The notes under the pieces are model-generated. The model had not been told where the DNA came from and made no database searches. It saw only the letters and a list, made by a program, of their open reading frames with translations. 64,000 nucleotides of DNA. Source: an uncultured Myxococcales bacterium. GTDB lineage: Bacteria > Myxococcota > UBA4151. The DNA lies in contig CAXGWI010000002.1 of the NCBI GenBank assembly GCA_964013405.1, positions 32,040 to 96,039 of the forward strand, written 5' to 3'. The translations under genes were made by a program, and so were the position numbers. The first letter of the stretch is position 1. The number at the start of each line of letters is the position of its first letter. Of this stretch, positions 8,940 through 18,316 are shown piece by piece.

Positions 8940-10574
8940 GCTTGTTTCAGGCCGGGTGGTTGAGCGCCCCTTCTTAAAGGCATGGTCCCAAATCGGACGC
9001 AGGTCCAAATAGTCCTGCTCTTCTCGCTCGGGCACGGAAAGCCCTTCTCGGCTCAAGGTCCGTTGATAGGTCTCCCAGCCATTTTTAACTTCGATGAGCT
9101 CGAGTTCGGCCAGCAGTCCATGTTCTCGAGCCGAGCGATACCCATCGATTTCCTGCAACTGGCGCTCCAGGCAGAACTGGAAGTCCGCTAAGTCTCCCTC
9201 ATCGCCCCGTCGCTCCAGAAAGATGCGATACCGGGCTTTGGGGCCGGAGACCGGCGTGACCAAAAAGAACCGGGGTTTTAGGTTCGTCTCCCAGTGGGCC
9301 ACCTCGACGGCGCGACGGATTGCTGCTTCACCGACTTTCTCGCCAGCCAGATTGGCGGCCATATCCAGCCGGCCGAGAAACTCAATGCAAGGGGTTGCGC
9401 CGTGAAAGCCGACGCAGCGCACCGCATCTCGGAGGTGGTAGCGGGTGAGACCACCGGCGGTGGTCACGATGGGCGAATAGGTGCCACCGAGTCGTAGTTC
9501 ATCCACTAAGCAGGGCCGGGCGTCCGGGGCTTCAAGGTCTTGGAACTCTAGGAAATGACTCGTCACGGCCAGGACACTGCCGGTGCCGCTCCACAGTGGA
9601 AAGCTGACAATACCCTCGGTCGCAATCAGTCCTTTTGCTTGAATTCGAGTGTTGGGAAACCAGGCCTTCAGGTTCGGTAGCAAGGCAGCCGATGGCCCCT
9701 CGCCATAACAGGACAGCAGTTGGAGTCGTGGCCATAGGGCGCTTCCCACGAGATCCCCGGCCTCATCGAGCCCAGCCATGATCGCTGCCCGGCGGCTGGG
9801 CTTGAGGGTGTCGAGAAGGGGTTCGAGATTCTGCGCCAGTTCTTCCATCAGCGCGACCAAAAAGGTGGGATGCCAGATGGAGATAAAGCCCAAGTCCTCG
9901 CAGGCCAGAAGTTCCTGGATGGTCTGTTGGCGCCAGGCGCTTGGGTCGGCGATCCGACGAACTCGGCTGCGGACAGCGCGGGTGCGACGCAGGGCAAAAC
10001 GGGCCAAGGGGCTAAAGAAGTCGGTATCGTCGTCCATACCGATAGGGATGCCGCCCGGTGTGCTCTCTCGCTGATGGGGCAGGGGCGCCATGCCCCAGTA
10101 ACTACGGGTTCCCACCAGATCGGGACAACCGATGGACAACTCTCGAAGCCAGGGAGCGGTCGCCGCGGCAAACTCGCTAAAGAGACCGTCGGTATAAGGG
10201 ATCAGTTTGATCTCTCCAGCGGCACCTCGGCTCCGCTCCATGAGTCGAACCGGCGCCCGGGTCAGGACACGTCGCTCCCCATTGGCGATTCGGTTGATCC
10301 ATTCAGAAAAATCGTCATAGCTGCGGACCGGAACCCGATCCTGAAAAGCGGCAAACGAATCGATGCCATCCAGTTGGTGAGTTTTGGCAAAGGCTGTGTC
10401 ACGACGGCCGGCCAGCAGAGAGCGCAAACGAGCCTCTTGGGCTTTGCGCGGTTTGTTGGCAGCCCGTTGAAATTGCCGCCATCGGCCACGCAGGCTCATC
10501 ACGTAAGCATGGTGAATACCTTTAACGACCGGTTGAAACACGGCTCGACTCCCACGATCGATCGGGCCGAGCAT
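8925..10574 (-). CDS. GH3-family (acyl-acid amido synthetase-like) protein
   Basis: FQDRVPVRSYDDF, KLIPYT, KGLIATEG, GGLTRYHLRDAV, FLGR..NLAGEK; start uncertain. Confidence 0.82.
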   Translation of the reverse strand: MLGPIDRGSRAVFQPVVKGIHHAYVMSLRGRWRQFQRAANKPRKAQEARLRSLLAGRRDTAFAKTHQLDGIDSFAAFQDRVPVRSYDDFSEWINRIANGERRVLTRAPVRLMERSRGAAGEIKLIPYTDGLFSEFAAATAPWLRELSIGCPDLVGTRSYWGMAPLPHQRESTPGGIPIGMDDDTDFFSPLARFALRRTRAVRSRVRRIADPSAWRQQTIQELLACEDLGFISIWHPTFLVALMEELAQNLEPLLDTLKPSRRAAIMAGLDEAGDLVGSALWPRLQLLSCYGEGPSAALLPNLKAWFPNTRIQAKGLIATEGIVSFPLWSGTGSVLAVTSHFLEFQDLEAPDARPCLVDELRLGGTYSPIVTTAGGLTRYHLRDAVRCVGFHGATPCIEFLGRLDMAANLAGEKVGEAAIRRAVEVAHWETNLKPRFFLVTPVSGPKARYRIFLERRGDEGDLADFQFCLERQLQEIDGYRSAREHGLLAELELIEVKNGWETYQRTLSREGLSVPEREEQDYLDLRPIWDHAFKKGRSTTRPETSSDSL

Positions 10575-10617
10575 AGGGGAAGAAGGGTCTCAAGGGCAAA
10601 GGGGGCGGGCAGACCCC

Positions 10618-12450
10618 TTATTGTGCGTCCTCGCAGATGATATGAAAGCGTTCGCTGCAACGCTTATCGTGTAAGACGCGGCCCGAGTTTTCCCGCAGAC
10701 GGAAGCAGCGGCGACCGTTTTCGTCAGCGTAATAAAGAATGTCATCGCCAGCCCAATTGTTGATCCAAGTGGGCGGTGGGTTTCTCCCGACCCCATTTTC
10801 ATCGATGAGCCCGGTCCAAAAGTCCCAGCCCCAATCATCGTTCCTGCCGATCAGTTGCCGGATCGCATCCAGATCAGCATTGCTCTCAAACGAGATGAGG
10901 TCGGCGCCGGCATGGATCTCATCGCAGCGTTCCCTGGCCCCATCCCAATTGAACCGCTCGGTACAGTAAAAAGAGAGCCGGTTTCGTCCCTCGATCTCGA
11001 CGCAGCGATCCGGTAGATCAAGCCCTTCAGATCGACAGTCTCGGTCACAGCCGTCCCCGTCGACCCGATTGCCGTCATCACAGGCCTCGACCCCGGCCTG
11101 CACGTGGCCATCGCCACAGCGAGCCTCTTGGCAGTCGTTCAAACAGGCATCCGCCTGGTTCTGGTTGCCGTCGTCACATTGCTCAACGCCGACATATTGT
11201 TGTCCGTCGCCACAACGAGCGAGATTACAATTGTTCAAGCAGCCATCATGATCGGCTTGATTGCCGTCGTCGCAGGCCTCCGCTTGAGGATTGCGGAAGC
11301 CATCTCCGCATCGATTGGCGACACAGTTGTTCAGGCAGGCGTCTTCTTGCGCTTGATTGCCATCGTCACAGGCCTCTCGGCCTTGCCAGGTGTGCCCATC
11401 ACCACAGCGGGCCAACATGCAGTTGCTCAGGCAGCTGTCTCGGTCGTTTCGGTTGCCATCGTCGCAGGCCTCCTGTCCCACTTGAACAAAGCCGTCGCCG
11501 CAAACAGCGATCTGGCATTCGGGGGTGCAGGCATCTGTCCCGTCGTCGTTACCGTCGTCGCAGGCTTCCACCTCACCGTTGACGATTCCGTCGCCGCAAA
11601 CGTTGCGAGTGCAGTCGTTGAGACAAGCATCCTCCTGAGTCTCGTTGCCGTCGTCACAGGCTTCGACATTTCGCTGCACAAAGCCATCACCACATGTTGC
11701 CCGCCGACAGTCATTCAGGCAGTCATCGCCATTGTCTTGATTGCCGTCATCGCAGGGCTCGATGCCTTCCTGGACCTGCCCATCCCCACAGCCAGCGGAG
11801 GTGCAGTTGTTGAGACAGAGGTCGGTCTCAATCTCGTTGCCGTCATCACAAAGTTCGACGCCTTCATGGACAATACCGTCGCCGCAGCGAGCCAGCAGAC
11901 AGTTCGTTAAGCAGTCATCGTTCATGACCGTATTGCCGTCATCGCATTCCTCGTGATCGGGGCTGCCGACCTCCAGATCGATTCGAGTGACACCATCCCC
12001 ACAGATTGCGCTGCGACAGTTGTTGAGGCAGTCATCGCCGTCGGTCTCGTTGCCGTCGTCACATTCCTCCGCACCATCGATACCCGCTTCGAGGTCGACT
12101 CGGGCGACGCCGTCGCCGCATCGAGCGATCTTGCATGAGGTCGTACAGGCGTCATCGTTCTGCTCGTTGCCGTCGTCGCAGTCTTCGTCTGCCTTCTTTA
12201 AGCCATCGCCACAGCGGGGTGGCTGGCAGCGCGTCGTGCATTCATCCTCGTTGTCTTGGTTGCCGTCATCGCACAGCTCATCCAGTTGAATGATTCCATC
12301 ACCACAACTCGCGTCGACACAGAGCCCCGAACGACACTGTTGGTTGGTGGCACAGGCCGGGCCATCATCGCACGGTTTGGCTCCATGGTAGGCGGCCGTG
12401 GGTGGGCAGCCAACGAGCAAGAGGAGCATCGGGGTTGCGAAACGCAGCAT
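10618..12450 (-). CDS. Lipoprotein with about 13 myxobacterial cysteine-rich (DUF4215-type) repeats and a C-terminal C-type-lectin-like domain
   Basis: Lipobox LLVGC; repeated CGDG...E.CDDGN....D.C...C; C-terminal FNWDGARERC...LISF...FWTGL...FHIICE. Confidence 0.88.
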   Translation of the reverse strand: MLRFATPMLLLLVGCPPTAAYHGAKPCDDGPACATNQQCRSGLCVDASCGDGIIQLDELCDDGNQDNEDECTTRCQPPRCGDGLKKADEDCDDGNEQNDDACTTSCKIARCGDGVARVDLEAGIDGAEECDDGNETDGDDCLNNCRSAICGDGVTRIDLEVGSPDHEECDDGNTVMNDDCLTNCLLARCGDGIVHEGVELCDDGNEIETDLCLNNCTSAGCGDGQVQEGIEPCDDGNQDNGDDCLNDCRRATCGDGFVQRNVEACDDGNETQEDACLNDCTRNVCGDGIVNGEVEACDDGNDDGTDACTPECQIAVCGDGFVQVGQEACDDGNRNDRDSCLSNCMLARCGDGHTWQGREACDDGNQAQEDACLNNCVANRCGDGFRNPQAEACDDGNQADHDGCLNNCNLARCGDGQQYVGVEQCDDGNQNQADACLNDCQEARCGDGHVQAGVEACDDGNRVDGDGCDRDCRSEGLDLPDRCVEIEGRNRLSFYCTERFNWDGARERCDEIHAGADLISFESNADLDAIRQLIGRNDDWGWDFWTGLIDENGVGRNPPPTWINNWAGDDILYYADENGRRCFRLRENSGRVLHDKRCSERFHIICEDAQ

Positions 12451-12522
12451 GGCCGTGGGCTAACACATCTGAGCGGTTTGGTCAGCGTCAGAGGTCACAG
12501 CCGGAACCCGTAGCCCATGATC

Positions 12523-14022
12523 TCAGCGCTCACAGAAGAAGGCCTTTGATTGTTCGCAGATCGCGTCGTTCCACCGACTCCCAGCGCCGGTCCAAAGGCA
12601 AGCACAATCCTCTCTTTGCCGCCAGTTGTCTGGCTGCCCTGCGCCCCAGTTCTCATAGTCGGAATCTCGGCCCACCCATTCCCAGTCGCGTTCCTCGCCG
12701 CGATCGTTGTAGCCAATCCAGATCTCTCCGAGCTGCCAAACATAGCCGGCGAGGACGTCGTGGTCCGCTTGGTTATCGACGGTGACGAGATGGCCGCCCC
12801 AGTCCTGGCAAAAATCTTCTGCTGCGGGCCAGGACAACCGTCTACTGGAGCAGAGTAGGGTTTCCCTGCCCCGGTTTTCGAGGACCGAACAACCGTCTGG
12901 CGCCCCTTCCCGCTGGCAGTCTGCATCACAGCCATCGCCCGGGTCGCGATTGCCGTCATCGCAGGCTTCTTGGCCCTGCTGAACATGGCCATCGCCGCAG
13001 CGAGCCGGGGTGCAGTCGTTTAGGCAAGCATCCCCGTTGCTTTGGTTGCCGTCGTCGCATCCTTCCACGCCCACTTGGAGAAAACCATCTTGGCAACGAG
13101 CTGGTTGGCAGCGCGTCGTGCAGTCATCCTGGGGGTTGTCGTTGCCATCGTCGCAGGCCTCAGCCTCTGGATTCACGAGGCCGTCACCGCAGACGTTGAG
13201 TTCACAATCGTTGCGGCAGGCGTCTGCGTCGCTGTCGTTGCCATCATCACAGGCCTCCTGACCGGAGTGCAGAACACCGTCACCGCAGCGGGCGAGAGCA
13301 CAGTCGTTTAGGCAGTCGTCTTGGTTGTTTTGGTTGCCGTCATCGCAATCTTCGAGGCCCGCCTGGACGATCCCATCGCCACAGCCGGCCCACGTGCAGT
13401 CATCCAGGCATTGGTCGGTGGGGTCATCATTGCCATCGTCGCATTCTTCCTCGTCGGCCCAGTGGATGCCATCACCGCATCGGGCTGCGGTGCAATCGTT
13501 GAGACAGGCATCTTCTTGAACCGTGTTTCCATCGTCACAGGCCTCGACGCTGATCCACTGAATGCCATCGCCGCACTTGGCCGTCTGACAGGTGTTGAGG
13601 CAGGCATCCGTGTCCTCGTTGTTGCCGTCGTCGCAGGCCTCCGCACCGTCCTGATCCAAGGGGATGTCGAGGCGCTGAATTCCGTCGCCACAAACCGCAA
13701 GCTGGCAGTTTGCGGTGCAGTCATCGCTGTCGATTTCATTACCGTCGTCGCAGGCCTCAGTGAGACCAACGAGGCCGTCGCCACAGCGGGGCGCTTGGCA
13801 CAGGGTTGTGCAGTCATCATCGTTGTCCGAGTTGCCATCGTCACAACCTTCGTCCAGCTGGACGATTCCATCACCGCATTGGGCATCGACACACAGGCCT
13901 TCATTGCACTGTTGGTTCGGACCACAGTCGCTGGCTGCCTCGCAGGGCATGGCACCATAATAGACCGCCTCCGGTGGGCAGCCGATGAAAGCGAGGCAGA
14001 TGATGGCAAAAGCAATTCGCAT
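12523..14022 (-). CDS. Paralogous lipoprotein with about 10 DUF4215-type repeats and a canonical C-type lectin domain
   Basis: Lipobox FIGC; CGDG/CDDGN repeats; SWPAAEDFC, WIGYND, NWGAGQPDN, EDC, WND, FFCE. Confidence 0.9.
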   Translation of the reverse strand: MRIAFAIICLAFIGCPPEAVYYGAMPCEAASDCGPNQQCNEGLCVDAQCGDGIVQLDEGCDDGNSDNDDDCTTLCQAPRCGDGLVGLTEACDDGNEIDSDDCTANCQLAVCGDGIQRLDIPLDQDGAEACDDGNNEDTDACLNTCQTAKCGDGIQWISVEACDDGNTVQEDACLNDCTAARCGDGIHWADEEECDDGNDDPTDQCLDDCTWAGCGDGIVQAGLEDCDDGNQNNQDDCLNDCALARCGDGVLHSGQEACDDGNDSDADACRNDCELNVCGDGLVNPEAEACDDGNDNPQDDCTTRCQPARCQDGFLQVGVEGCDDGNQSNGDACLNDCTPARCGDGHVQQGQEACDDGNRDPGDGCDADCQREGAPDGCSVLENRGRETLLCSSRRLSWPAAEDFCQDWGGHLVTVDNQADHDVLAGYVWQLGEIWIGYNDRGEERDWEWVGRDSDYENWGAGQPDNWRQREDCACLWTGAGSRWNDAICEQSKAFFCER

Positions 14023-14031
14023 GGTAGCAAC

Positions 14032-14499
14032 TTAGCAGGTTTGGTCATCGGCCCCCAGGCGAAGCACCTGGAGAATCTGGTTGGGATCGGAGGCACAGTT
14101 GATTCGCGCTGCGCCACTGGCCTTGGCCATGACCACAGCCAGGGCACTGGCCCGATCCTTTAAGCTGGCCGAGGGGTTTCGACCATCGTCTTTGATAAAG
14201 ACGTCCTCGACGTCGATGGCTTCGGCCAGTCGGGGGGCCTGGGACAGCAGGCTGCCACCCACCTTGAGGCTGGGCAGTTCTGCACCCTCCGGGAGCGGTA
14301 GCAGCTCTCGATAGCGCCACATGTCGAAGGGGCGACCTGCTAGGTTTTCAGCACATGCTAAGCTGCTCTGGGGCTTGAGGTCGACCTCCATTCGAACCCG
14401 AGGCCCACAGCGGGGGCAGATCCATTGGCCTGGGTCATTCCAGGTCTCCTGGCAACCGATACAGCGCAGTCGTTGGACGTTCTCAGGAAGGGCATTCAT
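14032..14499 (-). pseudogene. thrC: Threonine synthase remnant (N-terminal ~137 aa plus short tail)
   Basis: Zn-ribbon CxxC...CPRC, MWRYRELLP, PLP-Lys motif KDDGRNPSASLKDR; similarity ends at CAS where STGN is expected; only 155 aa. Confidence 0.75.
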
Positions 14500-14649
14500 G
14501 ATCGGCCTTGTAGCCTCACAGTTGGCATTTTGCCTACGGCAAGTTTGACGCTGCCCGACGTGAGTTGGCCTGAGCGGTCGCCGGGGCCCATTACAGAGTC
14601 AGCTTGCATTGGCGCAGATATCCGGTTCAATGCGTCCCGTGGAGGCTTC

Positions 14650-15681
14650 ATGCTCAATCGATTCGCCGCCCTTTTCTTCCTGCTGGCCGTCATCGGCTGT
14701 CCCGACCCGGTGGCGCCAGTCGACTGTGACGGTCACGCCCTTGGGACGTCGTTCCCCGCGGCCGACGGTTGCAACACCTGTACCTGTGAGGCCAACGGCG
14801 CGGCTTGTACAGAGATGGCTTGCGAGGATTTAGACGCTGGCTCCGCACCTGTCGATGCCGGTGCGGGGGATGCCGGTGAGGGTGAGGAAGATGGAGGCCC
14901 TGCGGTTCCAGATGCCGGTGGTGTTTCGGACAGCGGAGCCGTGGTGGAAGATGCTGGGGCTCCTCAAGCCGACGCTGGGGCGCCTCAAGCCGACGCTGGG
15001 GTTGTGGAACCTCAGGCCTGTGGCACTCGAGGTGCGAGCCCTTGTCCGGCGGGGACATTCTGCCAGCATCCCATCGAAGCGAACTGTGGACGGGGCGATC
15101 AAGCGGGGGTGTGCATACCCATACCTGAGGGTTGCAATCGTCTTCTTCGACCGGTCTGTGGCTGTGATGATGAGACCTATGCCAACGCCTGTGAGGCCGC
15201 TCGAGCTAGCGTTTCGGTCGCTGCTGAAGGTGCCTGTGATGACGGGTGCCAGGACAACGGTGACTGCGGCCGGGCCCAGTACTGTGCTCGTCCCATGGCT
15301 CAATGCGGTGCGGTGGGAGCATGTGAGGTACGCCCTCAGGCTTGTGCTGAAATCTACGATCCCGTTTGTGGTTGTGACGGCGAGACCTATGGCAACGCCT
15401 GCGCCGCCGCGTCAGAGGGCGTCAATGTGGCTGCTGATGGTACCTGCGAAGAGGGCGGGGCCGGTGGTGATGTCTGTGATATGGAGAGGCCTTGCAGCGA
15501 TGCGTTCTACTGCGACCGACCCGACGGTCAGTGTGAGGCAGAAGGTACGTGTGTGGTCAGACCGGAACTTTGCAATCGGATGATGCAGCCCGTGTGTGGC
15601 TGTGATGGCCAGAACTATACGAATCCATGCGTCGCTCGGTCGGGTGGGACCTCGGTAAACTACGCCGGAGACTGTAGGTAG
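14650..15681 (+). CDS. Cys-rich lipoprotein with one pacifastin-like and three Kazal-type domains
   Basis: GGAGG RBS; lipobox VIGC; DGCNTCTC....ACTEMAC; three PVCGCD..TY.N.C motifs. Confidence 0.85.
   Translation: MLNRFAALFFLLAVIGCPDPVAPVDCDGHALGTSFPAADGCNTCTCEANGAACTEMACEDLDAGSAPVDAGAGDAGEGEEDGGPAVPDAGGVSDSGAVVEDAGAPQADAGAPQADAGVVEPQACGTRGASPCPAGTFCQHPIEANCGRGDQAGVCIPIPEGCNRLLRPVCGCDDETYANACEAARASVSVAAEGACDDGCQDNGDCGRAQYCARPMAQCGAVGACEVRPQACAEIYDPVCGCDGETYGNACAAASEGVNVAADGTCEEGGAGGDVCDMERPCSDAFYCDRPDGQCEAEGTCVVRPELCNRMMQPVCGCDGQNYTNPCVARSGGTSVNYAGDCR
14950..15000 (+). repeat. In-frame 21-bp tandem repeat (about 2.4 copies) encoding DAGAPQA
   Basis: gatgctggggctcctcaagcc / gacgctggggcgcctcaagcc / gacgctggg. 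Confidence 0.85.
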
Positions 15682-15682
15682 G

Positions 15683-17248
15683 TTGAAGCAAAAGCACTTC
15701 ATTGACCTCTCAAAAGGGGTCACGCCGCTGGTCGTCCTGGCCTGCATGTTTGTCTACAATGCTTGGGACAATCCGACAGCGTGGGCCTATCTGGCGACCC
15801 ATGGGACCTACGGGGTTCTTTGGGTTCTCAAGTCGCAGATTTTTCCTGACAAGAGTTGGGAGGCGCCCTGCGGAATCGGTTACGGTCTCGTTATTTTGGG
15901 GGGGCTTGCGCTCTACTGGGGAACCCCATGGATGATCTGCGCGTGGCAGATCGAAGCGCCACTTTGGTTCCTTAGCCTCTGTGTTGCCATCTTCGGCATC
16001 GGCGTGTTCCTGCATTTTGCCGCCGACATGCAAAAAGACGCCACGCTGAAGCTGAAGAGGGGTCTCATCACCGACGGTTTGTTCGCACGCACCCGAAACC
16101 CAAATTACCTGGGTGAGTTGCTGATTTACGGCAGCTTCTCGGCCTTGGCCATGCACTGGTACCCCTTTGTCGTGTTGGCCGTGTTCATGGCGGTGATTTG
16201 GGTGCCCAATATGTTGAAGAAGGATAAGAGTATCTCGCGGCATGAGGGCTGGGCGGCCTACAAGGCGAGAACCGGTCTGTTGTTCCCGAAGATTTCCGGA
16301 GGAACCTACATGGCTTCGCTCGGTATCTTTTTGATGGGTGTCGGATTGGTAGACGTCCTCGGAAGTTGGAATGGCTTTGATCTTTGGCGCGGCGTGATCG
16401 GTTGGCGCAGTATGCCGGACGCGCTTTGGCAGTTTTCGGGCTACGTTGAGTTGGGAATCGGCTATATGCTGCTGCGGATGGCCGGCGGCGGCGATGAAGC
16501 GGAGGAGGCTCCGGTTGAGTCTGAGGGGGCCGCCAATCGGGCCGAGACGCTGGTGATGCTGCTTGGCACCCTCTTGGTCGCCTGTCCTTCACAGGTCACC
16601 CCCCCCGCCGAGGTCCCCGCGGCCGATGCCTCTACGCCATGCGCTGATGGGGCCTGTCCCGATGGCGGCCAACTGGACGCGGGAGCCCAAGTCGCGGACG
16701 CAGGTCAGTCCGTGGACACCACCCCTTGCGGTGAGGGGGGAACCTATTGCCCGGAGGACCAGTATTGCCATGTGGGTTGGAGTACCTGTGGCGAAGAGCC
16801 GGAGTTGGGAACGTGCCGCTTTCGAGGGGAGTTTTGCGATGAGCACCCAGACCCAGTCTGTGGTTGCGACGGATTGACCTACACCAATCAGTGCCAGGCC
16901 CGGCTCGCCGGGGTGAACCTGAACCGGGGCGGCCCCTGTGAAGCCCGTCTGTGCGAGGTCGGTGACCGGGGCAACACGTGTCCTGATCGGATGTACTGCA
17001 GGGTGCCCGATTATCAATGCGGTCGCTCTGGCTATTGCGCTGAGGTACCGACGGAATGTCACCCTGATGAGGGCTTGGGGCCCGTCTGTGGGTGCAACGG
17101 CGTTGGTTATCGCACGCTATGCGAACTGAGGATGACCGGCACCGGCTTTCGGCAACTCGGTGACTGCGAGGAGCTTCGCTGTGATTCCGATGCCGACTGT
17201 GCGGAGGGCCAAACCTGCGAGCGAGGTCGCTGTGTGGGCGAGGAGTGA
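15683..17248 (+). CDS. Composite protein: DUF1295/steroid-5-alpha-reductase-like membrane domain, small 2-TM module and Kazal-domain region
   Basis: DMQK, GLITDGLFARTRNPNYLGELLIY in the first ~205 aa; PVCGCDG and PVCGCNG Kazal motifs near the C-terminus; one uninterrupted frame from a TTG start. Confidence 0.75.
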   Translation: MKQKHFIDLSKGVTPLVVLACMFVYNAWDNPTAWAYLATHGTYGVLWVLKSQIFPDKSWEAPCGIGYGLVILGGLALYWGTPWMICAWQIEAPLWFLSLCVAIFGIGVFLHFAADMQKDATLKLKRGLITDGLFARTRNPNYLGELLIYGSFSALAMHWYPFVVLAVFMAVIWVPNMLKKDKSISRHEGWAAYKARTGLLFPKISGGTYMASLGIFLMGVGLVDVLGSWNGFDLWRGVIGWRSMPDALWQFSGYVELGIGYMLLRMAGGGDEAEEAPVESEGAANRAETLVMLLGTLLVACPSQVTPPAEVPAADASTPCADGACPDGGQLDAGAQVADAGQSVDTTPCGEGGTYCPEDQYCHVGWSTCGEEPELGTCRFRGEFCDEHPDPVCGCDGLTYTNQCQARLAGVNLNRGGPCEARLCEVGDRGNTCPDRMYCRVPDYQCGRSGYCAEVPTECHPDEGLGPVCGCNGVGYRTLCELRMTGTGFRQLGDCEELRCDSDADCAEGQTCERGRCVGEE

Positions 17249-17251
17249 GTC

Positions 17252-18307
17252 CTAGCTTCGTATGGGGCGTTGTCCCCAGGTGATGGTCCAAAGCAGTAGG
17301 TAGACGGTGAGAACCGCAGCCAGCCTGTCCCACCAGGGCATCGCTGGACCTTTTAGAATCAGCACGATGAGCGAGAGGCTGAGCCCAGCAAAGACGATCT
17401 GAATCAAGCGGGTCAAAAGGGGGCTCGACTCCGTATCGAACTTCACTTGGTCGTCAGGGCTTTGGGGCCAGGCCTCGGGCCTTGCCTCGCCCTGCCCGCG
17501 CCACTCGGGGGGCGCAAACCAAACGTAGAGCTTCTCCGACCAACGAGGCAGGCTTCGACAACGCTGCCAAAGTTCAACCCAGTAATGGCAGTTCGCCCAA
17601 AAGGGGTTGTAGCTTCGTAGCGGTTTCGTGATGCCGAAGACGACCGGTTCGTCTTCCTCTTCGAAGGTGCCATAGAGCCGGTCCCAGGTGATCAGGAAAC
17701 CGGCGTAGTTCTTGTCGATATACCGGCCGTTGATCCCGTGGTGAACCCGGTGGTGGCTGGGGGTATTGAGGACCTTTTCCAGGGGGCCGAGTTTGCCCAC
17801 GAGCTCGGTGTGAATCCAGAACTGGTAGAGGGTGTTGAGGGCGTAGACGATCCCAAAGACAAAGACATCAAAGCCGAGGAAAGCCAGGGGGAGATAAAAG
17901 GGCCAACTGGTGATGTGGGTGATCAGGGCCTGGCGGAGTGCGACGGCGAGATTGTAGTCCTCACTTTGATGGTGAACCACGTGGGCGGCCCACATGAAGT
18001 TCACCCGGTGACTGGCCCGATGCCACCAGTAATATTGATGGTCGATGATCAGGTAGGCGAGGAGAAAGACAGGCAGGGATCGACCCATCTCGACCAAGCC
18101 GTATTGCCCCTGAAACCAAGCATAGGCGGCGAGGAGTGGGGCTTGGCTAAACAAGAGGAAGAGCTGCTGTGAAATACCGCAACTCAGATCAGAGATCGCA
18201 TCGAACAAGCGGTAGACCCGCTGCCCTTTCACCCGGGCCCAGACCAGCTCAGCCGCGATCAGAATCATGAAGATCGGGATGGCAGCAGCAACGAGGCGAG
18301 TGTCCAT
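17252..18307 (-). CDS. Sterol desaturase/fatty-acid hydroxylase family, alkylglycerol monooxygenase-like
   Basis: YYWWHRASH, HVVHHQSEDYNLAVALRQ, QFWIHTE, PSHHRVHHG, DKNYAG..ITWDRLYGTF. Confidence 0.88.
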   Translation of the reverse strand: MDTRLVAAAIPIFMILIAAELVWARVKGQRVYRLFDAISDLSCGISQQLFLLFSQAPLLAAYAWFQGQYGLVEMGRSLPVFLLAYLIIDHQYYWWHRASHRVNFMWAAHVVHHQSEDYNLAVALRQALITHITSWPFYLPLAFLGFDVFVFGIVYALNTLYQFWIHTELVGKLGPLEKVLNTPSHHRVHHGINGRYIDKNYAGFLITWDRLYGTFEEEDEPVVFGITKPLRSYNPFWANCHYWVELWQRCRSLPRWSEKLYVWFAPPEWRGQGEARPEAWPQSPDDQVKFDTESSPLLTRLIQIVFAGLSLSLIVLILKGPAMPWWDRLAAVLTVYLLLWTITWGQRPIRS

Positions 18308-18316
18308 GTCTAGAAC

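Noticed and set aside
10618..14022. Diversity-generating retroelement targeting the C-type lectin heads
   Set aside because: No reverse transcriptase and no near-identical template/variable repeat pair differing at adenines was seen in the window.
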